NCBI RefSeq assembly: GCF_006345805.1
Contig: NC_043001.1
Coordinates: 104,098,001-104,162,000, forward strand
Reading direction: 5' to 3'
DNA length: 64,000 nt
Source: Octopus sinensis
Lineage: Eukaryota
The position numbers were made by a program, and so were the translations under genes. Below are positions 24,111 through 35,999 of this stretch, in pieces (position 1 is the stretch's first letter; each line of letters starts with the position of its first letter). The notes beneath the pieces were generated by a model that had not been told where the DNA came from, did no database searches, and saw nothing but the letters and a program-made list of their open reading frames with translations.

Positions 24111-25149
24111 CTTTATTTCTGCAGTATTGTTATAGATTCGGCTGGTATGTCGCGTCAGCTACTAAAATGACGAAAGACTTGATTTTAATTAATTACAGCA
24201 AAGAGTCAAAGATTATGGGTACCAGTTTGAAATGCAACAACCACAAACGTTTCTTTTCCTTTTAGCACAGTTCGACACATGAATAAAAGCGTAGCTTTAA
24301 ATTGAAGACAAATTAAATAGAATTTTAAATAGAAATACAATTGTAAAGTAAAGGCGAGATACAAATTATTTGGCAAATGCGAGTACTGACTGTCCAATTG
24401 AAATGATGGAGAGCGAAAGATAAGGGGAAATGGAGAGAACAGGAGTAGAGAGGGTCAAAGAGAAAACAATATCAAAGAGAAAGAACCAGGTGGGATGAAG
24501 GAAGAATTTGTACAAGTGATGGGGGTAGAGGGAAGTAAAAGGCAAATGGAAAGGTGAAGGAGAGAAGCAAGTAAAATGATGTGATAGTAGCAAAGTGATG
24601 ATGAGAGAGGAAACGGAGAGAGAAGATGGAAAACGAGAAAGAAGAATTATAGAGCCGTTGAGAATGATAGGAAAAGAAGAAAAAGGCTGGGAGAGGAAAC
24701 GCTGTCAATGAGGTGGAAGGAAGAGGTAGAGAAATAAAATACAGTGATTCAGTACTGTGGTGGCAAGGGAGAAGCGACAATAGCTACAGACAAAAGGGAA
24801 GGGAGAAATGAGAATGGGATGGTGGGGGGGGGGCAGGAAGAAATGCTTAAAGCATTTACATTTGTATGAGAAGAGAAGCAGACGATCGCGCACATACACA
24901 CACACACACATGCACACACACACATTGTGAAATATATATTGGATTAAAATTAGAGTAAATTACAATGCATGAGTTGATAAAGCAGTGAATAAAATATTTA
25001 TGGCTTGTGATAGATTGGGTAACGAGGCCCCAGATACACTAAGACTGGGAAAATGATGCGATTTACAAAGTGTGGACGTCTTTATCATAGATTTTTACTC
25101 GATCAGAGCTAACCTGTGGCTAAACAACACCGACAATAACAAGTACTAC

Positions 25150-25320
25150 TACAACATTTCGTCTATCTTTCCGTTCTGGGTTCAAATTCCGCCAAGGTCG
25201 ACTTTGCCTTTCATCCTTTCGGGGTCGATAAATTAAGTACCAGCTGTGTACTGGAGTAAATCTAATCGACTGGACCCCTCCCCAAAAAATTTCGGGCCTT
25301 GTCCCTAGAGTAGAAAAGTA
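25150..25320 (+). mobile_element. SINE family A copy (tail type 2)
   Basis: gggttcaaattccgccaaggtcgactttgcctttcatcc...ccctcccc..gggccttgtccctagagtagaaaag. Confidence 0.85.
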
Positions 25321-25404
25321 TATTTTAGACGGCAAACAAAACAAGAAAATTACCTGTTAAAAATGTCCTACATAGAAATTATTCGGCAAGAAAAAGACAA
25401 AATG

Positions 25405-25605
25405 TTTGGGTTCAGTCCCATTGCGTCGCACCTTGGTTAAGGGTCTTCCACTATAGCGGTTCAGCAAAAGAGATCGACAGAATAAGTAGCAATCTTCAAA
25501 ACAAAACAATAAGTGCTGGGGTCGATTCGTTCAACTAAAATTCTTCAAGGAAATGCTCCAGCGTGGCCGCAGTCTAACGCCTGAAACAAGTAAAAGATAA
25601 AAGAC
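25405..25605 (+). mobile_element. SINE family B copy, internally deleted
   Basis: gggttcagtcccattgcg..caccttgg joined to cggttcagcaaaagagatcgacagaataag...gaaacaagtaaaag. Confidence 0.75.
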
Positions 25606-25959
25606 AAATGCAGAATTGATGTCAATTTAATAAATAATTGAAGGGAGAACATTTGGCCATGGTTTTATTTCCAAAATTTGTCCGGCTCCGACTGGTTTGC
25701 AAGTTCGACAATTAGGAATATGCTGCTAGTGAAATCTCCGGCATAATTTTTGTGTTATTAAATGTATGCTGAGACATATTTGGAATATGTATCGAATTTA
25801 CGGTGTAAGGGGTAACCAATTCCAAACAGTATTTGAATATCGTAGTCATGGCCACACCATACACAGATAACGCAAAAAAAACTGCGTCGCACCTCGGTTA
25901 AGGGTCTTCTACTATAGCCTCGAGTGGATTTGGTAGAGGGAAACTGAAAGAAACCCGTC

Positions 25960-26003
<44 letters not shown>

Positions 26004-26619
26004 TTGTCATTTAAATATGGCTTATCCCTAAGGGTGGATGCTACTGTAGTTTGACCCCTTAGGGGTTAGTCATATTTGAATGGCAAATGTACGTCACGAT
26101 GTGTTGCAGCTACTGTTTATAACTCACTCTAAGATTTATTATATATATATATATAAATATATTGTCCCAAAATAATCTGTATTTTTGTTATTTTTTATTT
26201 GCCCTGTTCGTGTGAGCTAACAATCGTACTGACTTTCATGGGAAACATGTATTTTTGTGGTTGAAACCTTTTGGATTTACTAGTGCTAGAGTGAGCCATA
26301 TAGTGACCACTCTCTTATATTTATTTTTGTATAAAATATTATAATATATTATAAAATATTATAATAATCCAGGTTTCTCGGGGCACTGGGCCACTTGGTG
26401 TTGAATAGATATACTATTAAATTAGTATCTAATTCTCTCACCCTTATTAATTAATTATAATTATGCTACATTTATTTCTAAATGTAGTATTTGTTTCCGT
26501 GAAAGTTTGGCGCGCTGTTGGTAGGGGCATTTGAATTATAACGTCGGATGTAATCAATTGAACTACACGTGTATTTATCGTTATGGTAAAATCTGGCGTG
26601 TGATTGAGTGGATTTCATC

Positions 26620-26714
26620 CAGGTAGTTTTGGCTGAGGAGCTACAAGTGGATTTTTTGTGAGTAAAATTACATCTAATTCATTAATAGCGAAACAATTGT
26701 CCCAAAATAATCTG
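26620..26714 (+). ncRNA. Complete type I hammerhead ribozyme
   Basis: Stem I CAGGUAGUUUUGG/CCAAAAUAAUCUG (12 of 13 paired); CUGAGGA 26633-26639; stem II GCUA/UAGC; GAAA 26690-26693; stem III ACAAUUGU; GUC, cleavage after 26701. Confidence 0.88.
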
Positions 26715-27152
26715 TATTTTTGTTATTTTTTATTTGCCCTGTTCGTGTGAGCTAACAATCGTACTGACTTTCATGGGAAACATGTATTTTTGTGGTTGAA
26801 ACCTCTTGGATTTACTAGTGCTAGAGTGAGCCATATAGTGACCACTCTCTTATATTTATTTTTGTATAAAATATTATAATATATTATAAAATATTATAAT
26901 AATCCAGGTTTCTCGGGGCACTGGGCCACTTGGTGTTGAATAGATATACTATTAAATTAGTATCTAATTCTCTCACCCTTATTAATAATTATAATTATGC
27001 TACATTATTTCTAAATGTAGTATTTGTTTCCGTGAAAGTTTGGCGCGCTGTTGGTAGGGGCATTTGAATTATAACGTCGGATGTAATCAATTGAACTACA
27101 CGTGTATTTATCGTTATGGTAAAATCTGGCGTGTGATTGAGTGGATTTCATC

Positions 27153-27247
27153 CAGGTAGTTTTGGCTGAGGAGCTACAAGTGGATTTTTTGTGAGTAAAA
27201 TTACATCTAATTCATTAATAGCGAAACAATTGTCCCAAAATAATCTG
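27153..27247 (+). ncRNA. Complete type I hammerhead ribozyme (second copy)
   Basis: Same sequence as 26620-26714; CUGAGGA 27166-27172; cleavage after 27234. Confidence 0.88.
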
Positions 27248-27518
27248 TATTTTTGTTATTTTTTATTTGCCCTGTTCGTGTGAGCTAACAATCGTACTGA
27301 CTTTCATGGGAAACATGTATTTTTGTGGTTGAAACCTCTTGGATTTACTAGTGCTAGAGTGAGCCATATAGTGACCACTCTCTTATATTTATTTTTGTAT
27401 AAAATATTATAATATATTATAAAATATTATAATAATCCAGGTTTCTCGGGGCACTGGGCCACTTGGTGTTGAATAGATATACTATTAAATTAGTATCTAA
27501 TTCTCTCACCCTTATTAA

Positions 27519-27571
<53 letters not shown>

Positions 27572-27572
<1 letters not shown>

Positions 27573-27806
27573 TGTTGTGTCTGGGGATAGTCAATCTCTT
27601 TTGGTGTCTTACAATTTAAGACACTGACCGGTAAAATTTCCACTTATTTTTTTTTATTTTATTTTTCTAAAAATCTTTTCGTTTGACTACTGAAAAGGTT
27701 GCAAGACGCAACGAAAAATTTTAGAAAAATAAAGAAAGAAATTTTACCATTGAGTGTGTTAAATTATAAGGCACCAAATGAGAATGACTCTCCCCAGACA
27801 CAACAG
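27572..27806. mobile_element. Palindromic (inverted-arm) PLE-type element with hammerhead-like motif in right arm
   Basis: Arms 27572-27683 and 27710-27806 are reverse complements (ctgttgtgtctgggga..ggtaaaatttc..ttttcgtt); motif 27687-27724. Confidence 0.75.
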
Positions 27807-27863
27807 AATATGCTTCAACACACGAACTTACATAAAGAATCATGCAAACCAAATCCCAAAACG

Positions 27864-27910
<47 letters not shown>

Positions 27911-28477
27911 ATATGCGTGTGTCTTTGTGTTTATGTAGGCTTTACACGATTGAAAATGTTAAAATAATTCTAGTAAATAAGAAATTACAAAAACGAGAGA
28001 GAACGAAAGTATATTCTCAAGCAAGCAGCGGCTTTTCCGAACACACACACATACATACACACACACACACGCATATTTACAGAGATTGGGTGGTTAATGG
28101 TTACAAAGTTAAATTTGTCGTCCTCAGGGACCGCTCTTTTAAAAAATCAACTTAATTTACTCAGACACAGAATCAATTAATTGGTTCTAGATTACTCTTT
28201 CAAATGTTTTGTTTTATTGTTTTTCATTTTACTTTTCCTAATTCTTTATTATTTTTAATTGATATTTTTTTATTAATATTTTTTATCAATGATGCAACTA
28301 ATCGGAATACATTAAAAATATAAAATGAAATATGTTCTATCTACAGACATTATATTTTGATACGTCTTAAATATCCGTCTTAAATATACGTCTTAAATAT
28401 CGTCTTAAATATAAGTATTTAATATTTAAAAACAATCTTGTTTTTATAAAGTTGTAGATTTTGTTACAATTTTATTC

Positions 28478-29000
28478 GTGTTGAACTTTCCGGTCCAGAG
28501 ATGCCTACACCATCATCCTTCTCTACTCTTCTTTTGCCCGACTCCACCTTGAGTACTGTTGCCCACTGTGGTCTCCTTATACGAAGCAACTCATTATGAA
28601 AGTAGAAGCACTCCAGCGGTGCATAACAAGAAAGATAGACGGCATGAGAGGCATTGATTATTGGGGTCGGCTAAAAAAAAATCAATCTCTACTCTTTCCC
28701 GTGCCGCCAGGAGTGCTACATTATTTGTGTTATGTGGAAAACATTCCATCAATGTTGCACAACTGATGTCGGCATCAATTTTAAAATCCATCCAAGACTT
28801 TTCCCCCGTGCTAGCCACCCACTACAAAAATCGAACACGGTACACATAACAGCATTACGTCAGAATTACTTTACCTCTACCGGTCCAGTTCTCTTTAATA
28901 CCATACCAAAATACGTCAAAACGGAAACGAATCCCATAAAAATTCAAAAGTTCACTGGACACCACAAGTAAGTACGGGCCAGTCCATGTTGACCTTCCTG
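28478..29000 (+). pseudogene. CR1-clade LINE ORF2 3' fragment
   Basis: TFRSRD..LLYSSFARLHLEYCCPLWSPY...LQRCITRKIDGMRGIDYWGRLKK[fs]LYS...MWKTF...GPVLFNTIPK. Confidence 0.85.
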
Positions 29001-29334
29001 ATGGTATTTGATGGAGCCTGGAACACAAATTAAAATTTTGAATGCTGATATCAGAAAATACATGAAAATAGGAATGCTGATAGAATTGACTCATGGATTT
29101 TCCCTCTTACTGAATTGACATTCCTATAGATCCTCAATCTTTCTTTGAATCTGTCAAAATTTTTATGATCCCTTTTAGATTTCTTTATTGGCCACGCAGG
29201 GCTGAACACAAAAGAGACCATCCATTTTAATTAACAGCAATTATCTTTTATTAACTCACGAACTACACACTTCACTCCTTTCTGAGACATATTTCTTACC
29301 CCAATCTGCAATTCACCTCAGTTCATTCGACCCT

Positions 29335-29490
29335 ATATCTTTTATCTTTTACTTGGTTCAGTCTAATTGGAGAGTGGCCATGCTGGAGCACTGTCTTGAA
29401 GAGTTTTTTGTCCAATTGGTCGACTCCAGCACTTATGTTTTTAAGCTGGTTCTTATTTTATCATTCTCTTTTGTCGAACCGCTAATCTAT
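29335..29490 (-). mobile_element. SINE family B 3' part
   Basis: tcttttacttggttcagtc..gtggccatgctggagcac..gtcgactccagcactt..tctcttttgtcgaaccgctaa. Confidence 0.75.
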
Positions 29491-29521
29491 TGGCTTTGTT
29501 CCGAAATCTGAAGCCAAACTG

Positions 29522-29700
29522 AAAAGGCAGCGAGCTGGCAAAATCGTTAGCAAGACGAGCAAAATGATTGGCGGCACCTCGACCGTCTTCGTTCTGAGTT
29601 CAAATTCCGCCGAAGTCGACTTTACCTTTCATTCTTTCGGGGTCGATGAAATAAGTACCAGTGGAACACTAGGGTCGATGTAATCGACTTACCCCCACGC
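29522..29700 (+). mobile_element. SINE family A copy
   Basis: aggcagcgagctggcaaaatcgttagc...gagttcaaattccgccgaagtcgact. Confidence 0.85.
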
Positions 29701-30234
29701 ATGAAGCCGATATTATTTTAAGACAATGCTAGTCGTCATCTCAGCAGATTTAAGCTTCCCAGCCGCCATCTTCCTATCCATTTCCGTTCCTTCATTTATT
29801 ATTTAATACTGGAAACATCGTTTTTGGTTCAAGCAGTGCTTTTACTCGATATTATAAGATAAGGTGAGTGGTTTGGATTCTTTGTTGCTCTTTTTGTTAA
29901 TTTCTTGTTTTTTTTTTTTTTTGATGGAAAGAAGCCTTCAGACATTTACGACGTTGTATCATTGTATCACAAGATATATTACATATTCTAAACCAAAAGA
30001 AATATTACTTAGCCAATTCAATATCTACTGCATTTGAAGACATTGATCAAATGAAGAAATCTAAATGCTGTTGGCATAATTTGCATTACTCTAAGACTGT
30101 CTTTCAACATTTAATTGCAGTTGCGTTGAACGCAACAAGAGTAAACATCAATACTGTTATTATTAGTAGTAGTAGTATCTATAAGTTTAAACATTTATCC
30201 TTGTCTTCCGTCACCCTTATAGCAACGAAAGAAA

Positions 30235-30415
30235 CGATTATTATTATTATTATTATCATTATTATTATTCAGTAGTTTTATTTTTATAGCGTGCTTTCAC
30301 TTCACTACCGAGCGCAGCTCTGTGTGCCTTGGGTATGTGCTGTGATTTGTTGTGATGCTCTGATGGTTATTGTATGGAAAGTGTTCTGCGTAGGATGTGT
30401 GCAGTGCCTAGTATT
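30235..30415 (-). mobile_element. R4/Dong-like LINE 3' terminus with (AAT)n tail
   Basis: Minus-strand translation LGTAHILRRTLSIQ*, short UTR, then aataataat tail. Confidence 0.7.
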
Positions 30416-30425
30416 TGTCTGAATA

Positions 30426-30488
<63 letters not shown>

Positions 30489-30744
30489 CAAATATTGTTT
30501 CACTAAGCGCAGCTTTCTGCAGTGTCTAGGAAGATTATTTTCTGTGGCACGCAGACTATTTAAATCGAAGGGTTCCATGTAAATATTTTCCGCGCGTTTT
30601 CTTCTTTTTAAACCCGCCCAAGTTTGGGTAATTAGAGTCCAAATGATAATAATTTGTTCGCAATCTCCACTTACTCTAAAGTTACTTAGTGTAACCATCT
30701 TGGTGGTGGTGGTGGTGTTGTTGTTGTTGTTGTTGTTGTTTATT

Positions 30745-30945
30745 GCAGAATCGTTAGCAGGCCGGGCAAAATGTTTAGCGGCATTTCGTCGGTCTTTACG
30801 TTCTAGGTTCAAATTCAGCCGAGATTGAATTTGTCTTTCATCCACTCGGGGTCGATAAAATTAGTACCAGCTGCGTCCTGGGGTCGATATAATCGACTTA
30901 CCCACTCGCCCGAAATTGTCGACTTTGTGCCAGAATCTGAAACCA
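30745..30945 (+). mobile_element. SINE family A copy
   Basis: gcagaatcgttagcaggccgggcaaaatg...ggttcaaattcagccgag...ggggtcgatataatcgact. Confidence 0.85.
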
Positions 30946-31033
30946 ATATTATTTTCTTGTTTTTCTTTTATTTCTTTATTGAATACACACACCTATATTG
31001 CAACGAAGCAAGGCGCTACTTATTCTACACATA

Positions 31034-31428
31034 GGCGCAGGGGTGGCAGTGTGGTAAGTAGCTTGCTTTCCAACCATATGGTTCCGGGTTCAGTCCCACT
31101 GCGTGGCACCTTGGGTAAGTGTATTCTACTATAGCCTCGGGCCGACCAAAGCCTTGTGTGTGGATGTGGTAGACGGAAACTGAAAGAAGCTCGTCGTATA
31201 TATATGTGTGTGTATGTTTGTGTGTTTGTGTTTGCTTCCACCCCCACCCACATCGTTTGACAAATAATGCTGGTGTGTTTACAGCCCCGTAACTTAGCGG
31301 TTCGGCAAAAGAGACCGATAGAATAAGTACTAGGCTTACAAAGAATAAGTCCTGGGGTAGATATGCTCGACTAAACGCGATGCTCCAGCATGGCCGCAGT
31401 CAAATGACTGAAGCAAGTAAAAAAAAAT
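31034..31428 (+). mobile_element. SINE family B full-length copy with internal microsatellite
   Basis: A box gtggcagtgtgg, B box gggttcagtccc, central (TA/TG)n, 3' gcatggccgcagtcaaatgactgaagcaagtaaaa. Confidence 0.9.
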
Positions 31429-31449
31429 ACAACGACTCCTTGCTATATC

Positions 31450-31648
31450 ACATTGGTTTCTGACACGAATTCTGCAGCTTTTGTGGGGAGGGCCTAAGTC
31501 GATTACATCGACCCCACACCTCAATTGGTGCTTATTTTATCGACTCCGAAAGGACCTCAGCGGAATTTGAACTCAAAATTCAAAGGCAGGCGAAATGTCG
31601 CTAAGCGTCTTGCCCGGCGTGCTAACGATTCTGCCAGCTCGCCGCCTT
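31450..31648 (-). mobile_element. SINE family A copy
   Basis: gtcgattacatcgacccc...gaatttgaactc...gctaacgattctgccagctcgccgcct. Confidence 0.85.
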
Positions 31649-32744
31649 TCGTGCGTTTGTATTAAAACGCGATGTTGGTAACGTCTTCTTTTGTTGCAAC
31701 ACAGTAGATAAACTTCAATGTTGGCCAGACGTCAGTTTGGAGATTGGATGGAACTCAATGTTCTTCATGTCCATGGGAAAGGCATGAACACTACAACCTC
31801 TCGTAGTGTTTCCAGTTGAAGGTAAACATAAACAATGATTAAATCATTATTCTTTAGTTATTCACTTATAAGATTAAAATCTGCAACAGATTCTTGCACC
31901 ATAGGAACTGTAATATTGAAGATTGAGTTAAACTAACACAGAACACGATTTCTATTGAAGTATATTGATATTGACGAATTCCTTTTAATGTTGCATCGCG
32001 TAGGAGTTTCTTCGTAGAAGTGAACCACGACAATTATGGTAGCCTACCGATTATCCAAGGATCTTTCATCACATTTCCAATATATAGAGATTTCCTATGT
32101 GCATGATATTTACAATCTTCTTGAACCGTAGTGCTGCAATAATGTCCACTTGAATGACTTGCAATGATTGCCGGCGTTAAACCTGTTATGTTGCGTTTAA
32201 GTTGACTTCAAAGATTCATTAATTATCCAGAATCATTTAAAGGATCCAATGCAATATTTAACTGAATTGCTGTCGTGGAAATATATCAAAATTTTGATAT
32301 ACTCTCTCGCTTTCATTGTTATCACGGGGTTTCTATCAATTAAGAGATTATTTGAAGAATACAATTTTAGCGTCGATTTGAGAGAGTAAAAAAGAGCGAT
32401 AGAGCGACAAACAGAAAGAATAACAAAGCATTATCTCTGTTTGAAGTCCAATCGTGAACAATGAATTTCAAAGATAGACTTTTTTCTCCTCCAGTCATAA
32501 CCATTTGATGTGAAATGACACGCTGAAGGTATCAGATCCGGAGAGCTTCTTCGTATAAACGACTGGAAGTTATCAAGTTATGTTGGTTAATTTGCATTCA
32601 CGTACTTTGAATAAAGCAAAATAGCAAAAAATGGCCAGTATATTCCGTAGCACACACACACACACACATACAACATTTACTTTCATATGACGTGGATTCG
32701 ATTTGAAGAAATTAATTCCTATGTGCATGCGTGCAAGTATAAAT

Positions 32745-33090
32745 TACATGTAAGTATGTATGTATGTATGCATGTATGTATGTATGTATGTATGTATGTA
32801 TGTATGTATGTATGTATGTGTGTATGTATGTGTGTGTGTATGTATGTATGTATGTATGTATGTATATATATGTATATATGCATGTATGTATGTATGTTTG
32901 TATGTATGTATGCATGTATGCATGTATGTATGTATGTATGTATGTATGTATGTGTGTGTGTATGTACAGTATGTATGTATGTATGTGTGTGTGTATGCAT
33001 GCATGTATGTTTGTCTGTATGTTTGTGCATGTATGTGTGTATGTATCTGTCTCTTTCTTTTTATATCTCTATATATACATGTATGTATGT

Positions 33091-33138
<48 letters not shown>

Positions 33139-33261
33139 TGTTGTGTGTGTGTGTAAAAGATTCTCTGCAACTTGCAAAGTGTTTCCTCCTCTCGCACAAC
33201 CATGAGAATCCATAGAGAATATGATCTGAGAGATAAGCTTGCAAGGTGAGGTGTGTATGTG

Positions 33262-33327
<66 letters not shown>

Positions 33328-33345
33328 CGTGTGTGTATGAGTGAG
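32745..33345. repeat. (TGTA)n/(TG)n compound microsatellites
   Basis: Direct reading. Confidence 0.95.
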
Positions 33346-33499
33346 TGCTGGTCAATTTAAAATGAGGTGGACAGAAGTGTTGAGAGGAGAGGGTAAACTT
33401 TGCTAGAAACGGACATCATTTACGCCAGACCACTAACAAACTTATGCGATGACGTAAATATAATTTTCCAGGAGCGGAACCACGGACGCACTGAATTCT

Positions 33500-34700
33500 T
33501 TGATTTTATTTCTACTGTACCACCTAAAGGTTAATTTCTCTCAAATTGGCGAAGAACTCTGTTTCAATTCACTGGAGAGGACCAGCATACTTTCTACGAG
33601 GCTTTTGGATTAGTTGGATTAGCAGTTACTATAGAATCAGATTTAACAGTAGTCAACTACTTCGGCGAAACTCGGAATCTCTCACCTGTCTGTACAAACC
33701 CTACTCTAAACACAAGGAATCTCTCAACTACGTCTATACCCTAGGAATATAATTACTGATCTATCTAGGAACTCGTTTCCCTTAGACTTTCTAAACCATC
33801 AGTTAACGAAGAAATCTTTAGATAATCTACTGACAATTATAACCAGGCACTACATAGGAAAGGTTACACTGCATACTACACAAGAACCGATGAAAGCCGT
33901 AAACGAAACCATGACCTGCTTTACCACTTCAATCTAGCGACAACCTGAGCTAGAATATGTAGTTTACTACTAAAAAAACATTTCTCTCACACTATAAGTA
34001 TATAAAGCTGTTAATAAAATCACTGTCAAATCTCATATTCCAGTACACCAAAGTTCACTTGCGTTATGGCCGCTTCCAAATTTATACACGCCTACCCTTC
34101 CATTACTATTTCCAACCCCGTTCTATTTCTACTCAGCTGACCACTGCTCCCTAAATTCTAAATGTTTCTGTAAGGATATCCTTTGCCAATGTAATGTGAG
34201 TACCTGTTACATTACTAAAGCGTATTTGAGCTTCACTGTTGATACCTTTGAGTCCTGGATCTGCCAGCGGAGTCGCCCCTTCCGCACTTACTAAATGCTA
34301 CCTCACGATCGAAGTACATCTGGAATCTTAAGATCACTAAAGTTTACTGTAGATTAAGCTGGAAAATAATAGATAGCGTCGGAAACTATTTTCTCTTCAC
34401 TAAGAAGAGTCACCTGCTAAATAAGCTTTCCGACAATCGATACTTCCCAACTATGTCCTACCTAAAAAGACATTTAATACTAAAAATAGTGGTCCGATCG
34501 TACCTCGAACCGCCATCACGCTCAGGTTACGCTTCTCTCTCACACACGCGTCCACCGTTACAACGAGAAATACATTCATTCCCCCATACACATCTATGCC
34601 CCCATACATACGTGCACGCACACACACATTCACTAGCATTTAATACACACGTGTATACTTAAGAGAATCACAAAGCTGATGTTGCTCTCTCCTGTACAGT
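33500..34700 (+). pseudogene. Decayed Penelope-like (Poseidon-type) RT C-terminus + GIY-YIG
   Basis: GLAVTIESDLTVVNYF..YKPYSKHKESLNYV..NEEIF..NYNQALHRKGY..RKRN..LLKKHF; later KAYLSFTVDTF and NATSRSKYIWNLK..LSWKII. Confidence 0.65.
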
Positions 34701-35402
34701 GTGGGAAAGTTACCGTGAAGGCGGGTTCATCAATTCATTTCAGTGCCTTAACACAAACGTTTCACCTTTATTATCAGTCCTGTTACCCGTAGGAAAGTTA
34801 TGTCATGTAATCCAGTTAATCTTCCACATAAACATGAGTCCTTGTGGATAACCAAAGCAAAACATCAGTAGTTTAATTTAAAGTCACACGCCGTGGAGTA
34901 AACCGATGCCTTCTCAGACGGGCGGTATTTTTCAATACGGTTATGAACACTTGTCACGGCCATTTAATTCCAAGCACAGCACTAGCACTACCACGAAAGG
35001 CATGAATGTCACAGTCTCTTTATTAGTCCCTACAATTTGGAATTCGTTCGTCTCTGTCAAAAATCAATTTTGAGTGACTTTGACATTTTCCAAGAGAACA
35101 TTTCGTGTAATAATGTGTTTGGCCATTGTTTTGTGTTCAAGCGAAGGGCAACGACATCGCTCGTATAATCACGTCGTGAATCAGTCAGCCGGCAACAAAT
35201 GTTTTTTTTTGCTTTAACTCTGCTAACTGGTTTTGTTGTTTGTTCACAAAATCGATTAAAATTGATTTTACTTCGATTAGGTTACAACCATTCCATTCGA
35301 TTCTTTAGCAACATTATATAATTATCGAAGCGTCTGTTCTCTAAAATGAGAATTACGAAAATCAAATATGTTGTCTCTTTGATCGACGGAAGTAGCAGTA
35401 AA

Positions 35403-35480
35403 AGGAGAAGAGAGGTTGAGAAGAAGAAGAAGAGAAGAGAAGAAGAAGAAGAAGAAGAAGAAGAAGAAGAAGAAGAAGAA
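35403..35480. repeat. (GAA)n trinucleotide repeat
   Basis: Direct reading. Confidence 0.95.
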
Positions 35481-35937
35481 ATGATATTGCATTGTAAGAC
35501 ATTTAATAGTGGGTTTTTTTTTTCTCTAACAGATCAATAACAACATTTTACATAATCCTCACCTAACAGTTGCTAGAAAGGGAACGAGTGAAAGACTGCA
35601 AGGAGGGAAGTGATGAGAAAGGGAAAGAAGCGATGGGTGAAAATGCGTAGGATGTGGAATTGGAAGACTGAAGAAGGAAGACAAGGGAAATTCTGAGACT
35701 TAGTTTACAATCAAGATAGCAGTGCTGATAGGTCGGATATAGCGTTTATATAAATAAACGTACCATGACATAACAATGTCATGTGATTTAATAATGATAC
35801 GCATATTTAATTAGATTACATCTTCTTGCTTAGAAAACTATAAATATTCACGAGATCTTTAGGTGGACGAGACTGAAATGTAACCTTTAGTCCATAACGA
35901 CACGATTTCTGTAAGTTGGAAAGCAAAGCATTATATA

Positions 35938-35999
<62 letters not shown>

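Larger units (their letters stand above)
26161..27527 (+). repeat. Tandem array of 533-535 bp non-coding units (2.56 copies), one hammerhead per junction; retrozyme-like / PLE pLTR-derived
   Basis: Units start at 26161, 26696 and 27229; only ~3 differences between units 1 and 2; no ORF >=60 aa in the track; flanked by (TA)n. Confidence 0.95.

Noticed and set aside
26161-27527. Alternative readings of the array as a CRISPR array or a mitochondrial control-region NUMT
   Set aside because: There are no unique spacers (whole units repeat) and I could not build tRNA cloverleaves; the complete HHR fold explains the unit phase better.
28095-28135. Minus-strand GGUCC-CUGAGGA-C-GACAAA..UUUGU
   Set aside because: GAAA and the 3' strand of stem I are missing; at best a decayed remnant.
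34670-34720. CUGAUGUU...GGGAAAGUUA downstream of the Poseidon-like remnant
   Set aside because: The position fits a PLE HHR but core and stems are too degenerate to call.
34700-35200. Possible Tc1/mariner transposase remnant on the minus strand
   Set aside because: Only vague similarity to the SDE and GGGSVMVW motifs and no TIRs found.
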